Assembly (NCBI GenBank): GCA_000004695.1
Contig: CM000152.2
Location: 4,192,001 to 4,256,000, forward strand
DNA from: Dictyostelium discoideum
Lineage: Eukaryota
Direction of reading: 5' to 3'
DNA: 64,000 bases
The notes under the pieces are model-generated. The model worked only from the letters and a program-made list of their open reading frames with translations. It searched no databases and was not told the origin of the DNA. Each line of letters opens with the position of its first letter. The stretch's first letter is position 1. The position numbers and the translations under genes are program-made. Positions 61,054 through 64,000 of this stretch are shown piece after piece.

Positions 61054-61503
61054 ATGAAATTTTTAGTTTTAGTTTTATTAGCTTTATTGTCAATCAGCTT
61101 CGCTTCTGCAAGTCATCCAAATTACCAATGTGGTATATATCAATGTGCACCAGGACATTCATGTGTATGTGATGCAGGTGTTTATAGATGTGTTTATCAT
61201 TGTAATGAATTAACAATTATCCAAACTATAACAAACAGTTGGTCCGATAATAATGGCAAAGAATTTAAGACACAAGTTTCTGTTGACATCATTAACAACA
61301 CTAAAAGAACTGTTAAAGATGTAATTATTGCAACTGATGCTGATTTAGCTTTTAACCAAATTTGGGGAGTAAATAAAAACGGTTACCTTTTGGATTTACC
61401 AAATTATGCAACAATTGCTCCAGGTGCTAAATACACTTTTGGTTACATTAACAATGGTAAAACTGTTGCCCATCTTTATGTTGGTAACGTTTACCTCATC
61501 TAA
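61054..61503 (+). CDS. Small secreted Cys-rich protein (149 aa) with a predicted beta-sandwich, carbohydrate-binding-like C-terminal domain. Codon usage is of the highly expressed type.
   Basis: Signal peptide MKFLVLVLLALLSISFASA. Eight Cys in ~40 residues (CGIYQCAPGHSCVCDAGVYRCVYHC). The C-terminal region is rich in aromatic/Gly/Asn residues (SWSDNNGKEF..QIWGVNKNGYLLDLPNYATIAPGAKYTFGYINNGKTVAHLYVGNVYLI). Codon choice is GC-richer than the neighbouring DNA. The functional call is tentative. Confidence 0.6.
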   Translation: MKFLVLVLLALLSISFASASHPNYQCGIYQCAPGHSCVCDAGVYRCVYHCNELTIIQTITNSWSDNNGKEFKTQVSVDIINNTKRTVKDVIIATDADLAFNQIWGVNKNGYLLDLPNYATIAPGAKYTFGYINNGKTVAHLYVGNVYLI

Positions 61504-61815
61504 ATTTCAAATTTTTAGATCTCAATATCCATTTTTTTTAAAAATAATAAAAAAATAATCTCAACGTTTTTAAATTTTTAAATCTTATAAATTTTGTTTT
61601 TTTTTTTTTAATAATTAAAAATTTTCCCAATATTTGGATTTAAAAAAAAAAAAATAAGATTTACCAAAAATTAATTTTTAAAATCCTTTTTTTTTTTTTT
61701 TTTTTTTATTACTTATTTCTTTTTAAATTTTACATATACACATAAATAAAAAAATTCTTTTTATTTGTTAATTTAAATTATTATTTTTTTTTTTTTTTTT
61801 TTTTTTGTTTTAATT

Positions 61816-62042
61816 TTAAACTCTATTATAATCATCAATAATTAATTTATCCATTCCATCAAAACCTTCTTCATCATCACTATTTTCATAATCTACCAAT
61901 AAACTTGTTTTATCAGATTCAATTTCTTTTAATTCCCTACTCTTTCTACATCTACATCTAAAAATGTATTTTTCAAAAAATTCAACATAATGATTAATAA
62001 ATCCTTCATTAATTCCATAAACTACACAATTTAAAAATCCTT

Positions 62043-62087
<45 letters not shown>

Positions 62088-62440
62088 AAAAGTATTAATA
62101 ATTAATAATTAATAATAATTAGTTTAATTTATATTAATTTACCTTGAAGCGGTTGTAATAATAATTGAAATGCAAATAATGAGAATTGAGGATTATCAGG
62201 ATCAGAAAAATTTTGAATACTATTAATAATAGTTGGTAATTGAGATAATGAGAAAGCAATTAAATAAAATGATACAATTATATTAACTCTTGATACCAAA
62301 GAATTTGAATGCTGTGATATTTTCCATCTAATCGCAATAAATACTACTAAATTTATAAAAAATACTACAATTAATGGTAAATAATATAATAATCTAAAAA
62401 TACTAGTTGGGTCTGATATAAAACACCTAATAAAAAAATT

Positions 62441-62472
<32 letters not shown>

Positions 62473-63131
62473 AAATATTAATATAAAATTTATATATTTT
62501 TTTTTTTAAAATTTATATTAAGTACTTACCAAGAACCAGTTTTACCATATGCATGGAAAATTAAAGATATTATAGCAGTGAATAAAGGTATACCCCAACA
62601 AATGAAATGAAAATATTTGAACCAATGATTTAATTCGAATATAGTTGTAAAGAAAACCATGAATAAACTAATTGAGATACACATTGTCCAAAGGTAAGAA
62701 GATGATAAAAAGAATACTAAACCCATACCTTGAAGATTACACATTATATCACTATCACGATAATATGGTAAATAGAATATCGCTGCAAATAAATCTGATA
62801 AACTTAGAAAGAATATCATTTTCGTTGCAAATGTTCTAGCTGCTTTAAATAAAAAAAATGATACAATTATAAATAATGCTCCTACTATACCCATAGTTGA
62901 TGAAAAATATACAATCTTATCCAATGATTCAATTTGTTCCTTTGAAAAATCATAATCATTTGGTGATTCTGTTTCTTTTATTATTATTGTATCATTTGTT
63001 GTTATTGTTGTTAAAAAATTATTTATCATTTTATTATTATTAAAATTATCATTTTCTCCACTCCTTATATCATTACTTGAAACAATAATAATTATAAAAC
63101 TAATAAATGTTGATAATAATATTTGTATCAT
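61816..63131 (-). CDS. cAMP-receptor-like 7TM GPCR (cAR/Crl family), 3 exons: 63131..62530, 62426..62143, 62039..61816.
   Basis: The protein aligns by eye to Dictyostelium cAR1 landmarks: WTMCISISLFM vs WTLCLAISIYM, YFHFICWGIPLFTAII vs YYYLLCWGLPLISTIV, GSWCFI vs GNWCWI, and GFLNCVVYG vs GFWASVTF in TM7. Donors tg|GTAAGT (62529) and g|GTAAAT (62142) and acceptors TTATTAG (62427) and CCAAG (62040) keep the frame through to a stop at 61816-61818. The tail is ..FRCRCRKSRELKEIESDKTSLLVDYENSDDEEGFDGMDKLIIDDYNRV. Confidence 0.65.
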
Positions 63132-63794
63132 AAAATATTTTATATATTATATTGTATGTATGTATGTGTTTATATATGTATGAATAAAACTATTTATTAT
63201 TTATTATTATTTTTTATTTTTTATTTTTTTTTTTTTATTTTTTTTTTATTTTTTTTTTTTATTTTTTTTTTTTATTTTTTTTTTTTTTATTATTATTTTT
63301 AATTATTTATAAATAAATAGTATTGTTGAGGTTTCGTATTTTTATAATAAATGTTGTTATTTGATAAAATGAGATGTTTGTTGTTGATAAATGTGGATAG
63401 AGGGGAAATAAAAAATAAAAAATAAAAAATAAAAAAATAAAAAATAAAAAAAAAAAAAAAAATAAAAAAAAAATAAAAAATAAAAATTAAAAAATAAAAA
63501 AAACAATACCAAAAAAGAAAAAAAAAAACTAAAAAAAAAAACAGTTTATGATTCATGGTGCAAATTGTTTTGATGAAATTAACAAAAATATGATCAATTA
63601 ATTTTATTATAATTTTTGAAAAATCTAAATAATATAAAAAAAAAAAATTATATTAAATTTTAACAATTACTACCTATTTGTTCTTCAATGAACTAAATAG
63701 TTTTATATGTATTTGTACAAATTATTTTATACCTTTTTTTTATATTTTTATTTCCTTTTTTTTTTTTTTTTTTTTCACCTATAAATGAATAAAC

Positions 63795-63821
63795 TTAGTT
63801 AAACCAGAATTGATTATTATT

Positions 63822-63858
<37 letters not shown>

Positions 63859-64000
63859 GGTGGTGAAAAGAGGTTGTTATTATTATTATTTCCAAAATTG
63901 TTATTATCATTATTATTATTATTTCCAAAACTATTATTGTTGCTATTGTTGCTCTTATTTCCAAAATCGCTAAAGTCACCAAAACCATCAAAGCTGTTAT
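63795..64000 (-). CDS. 3' end of a gene that continues beyond the window. Low-complexity FG/poly-Gln tail, nucleoporin-like or prion-like.
   Basis: The minus-strand frame ...NSFDGFGDFSDFGNKSNNSNNNSFGNNNNNDNNNFGNNNNNNLFSPPQQQQQQQQQNNNQFWFN-stop is open to the window edge, with a TAA at 63797-63795. It is absent from the ORF track because it has no Met inside the window. Supported only by the open frame and the FG periodicity. Confidence 0.3.

Noticed and set aside
63299-63556. 85-aa minus-strand ORF (poly-Phe)
   Set aside because: It is a translation of a T-rich/A-rich simple-sequence region between genes and has no coding signal.

Overview
The window looks like nuclear DNA from a Dictyostelium-type social amoeba, not a prokaryote. 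Evidence: extremely AT-rich intergenic and intronic DNA with long poly(dA)/poly(dT) tracts; short introns with GTAAGT/GTATGT donors, A/T-rich bodies and (A)nAG or TAG acceptors; coding poly-Asn/poly-Gln tracts; tRNA genes followed by a second external B-box. I find about 24 protein-coding genes, most with introns. Many ORFs in the supplied track are single exons of larger genes. There are also 3 tRNA genes: one intron-containing tRNA-Ala(UGC) and an inverted pair of identical tRNA-Gly(UCC) genes. Recognisable products are: a Rex4/ISG20-type DEDDh exonuclease; two tandem paralogous giant type-I membrane proteins; a six-blade kelch protein; a Bmp/PnrA-like binding domain fused to a 7TM receptor; a C2-domain coiled-coil protein; a 2150-aa CHASE/PAS hybrid histidine kinase (most likely dhkA); TFIIIB subunit Brf1; a CCHC zinc-knuckle prion-like protein; a Nudix hydrolase; a TBCC-domain protein; an 8-Cys FYVE-like zinc-finger protein; polynucleotide kinase/3'-phosphatase with an N-terminal SAP motif; an LRR + EGF-repeat giant membrane protein; a small secreted Cys-rich protein; and a cAMP-receptor-like GPCR. 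No CRISPR array, operon-like cluster or prokaryotic defence system is present, so the premise of a novel system is not supported here. The most interesting items are structural. (1) The two giant membrane genes have C-terminal exons that are ~99% identical at the DNA level while their N-terminal halves have diverged. (2) A tandem segmental duplication left decayed copies of two gene ends. (3) An inverted duplicated tRNA-Gly pair lies next to a retroelement-like remnant. (4) A palindromic element is duplicated in one long intergenic region. (5) There is an unusual Bmp-PBP/7TM receptor architecture. (6) The DEDD exonuclease homologue carries Lys in place of the catalytic Glu. All coordinates and splice sites are read by eye and should be confirmed with RNA-seq or a splice-aware gene finder.
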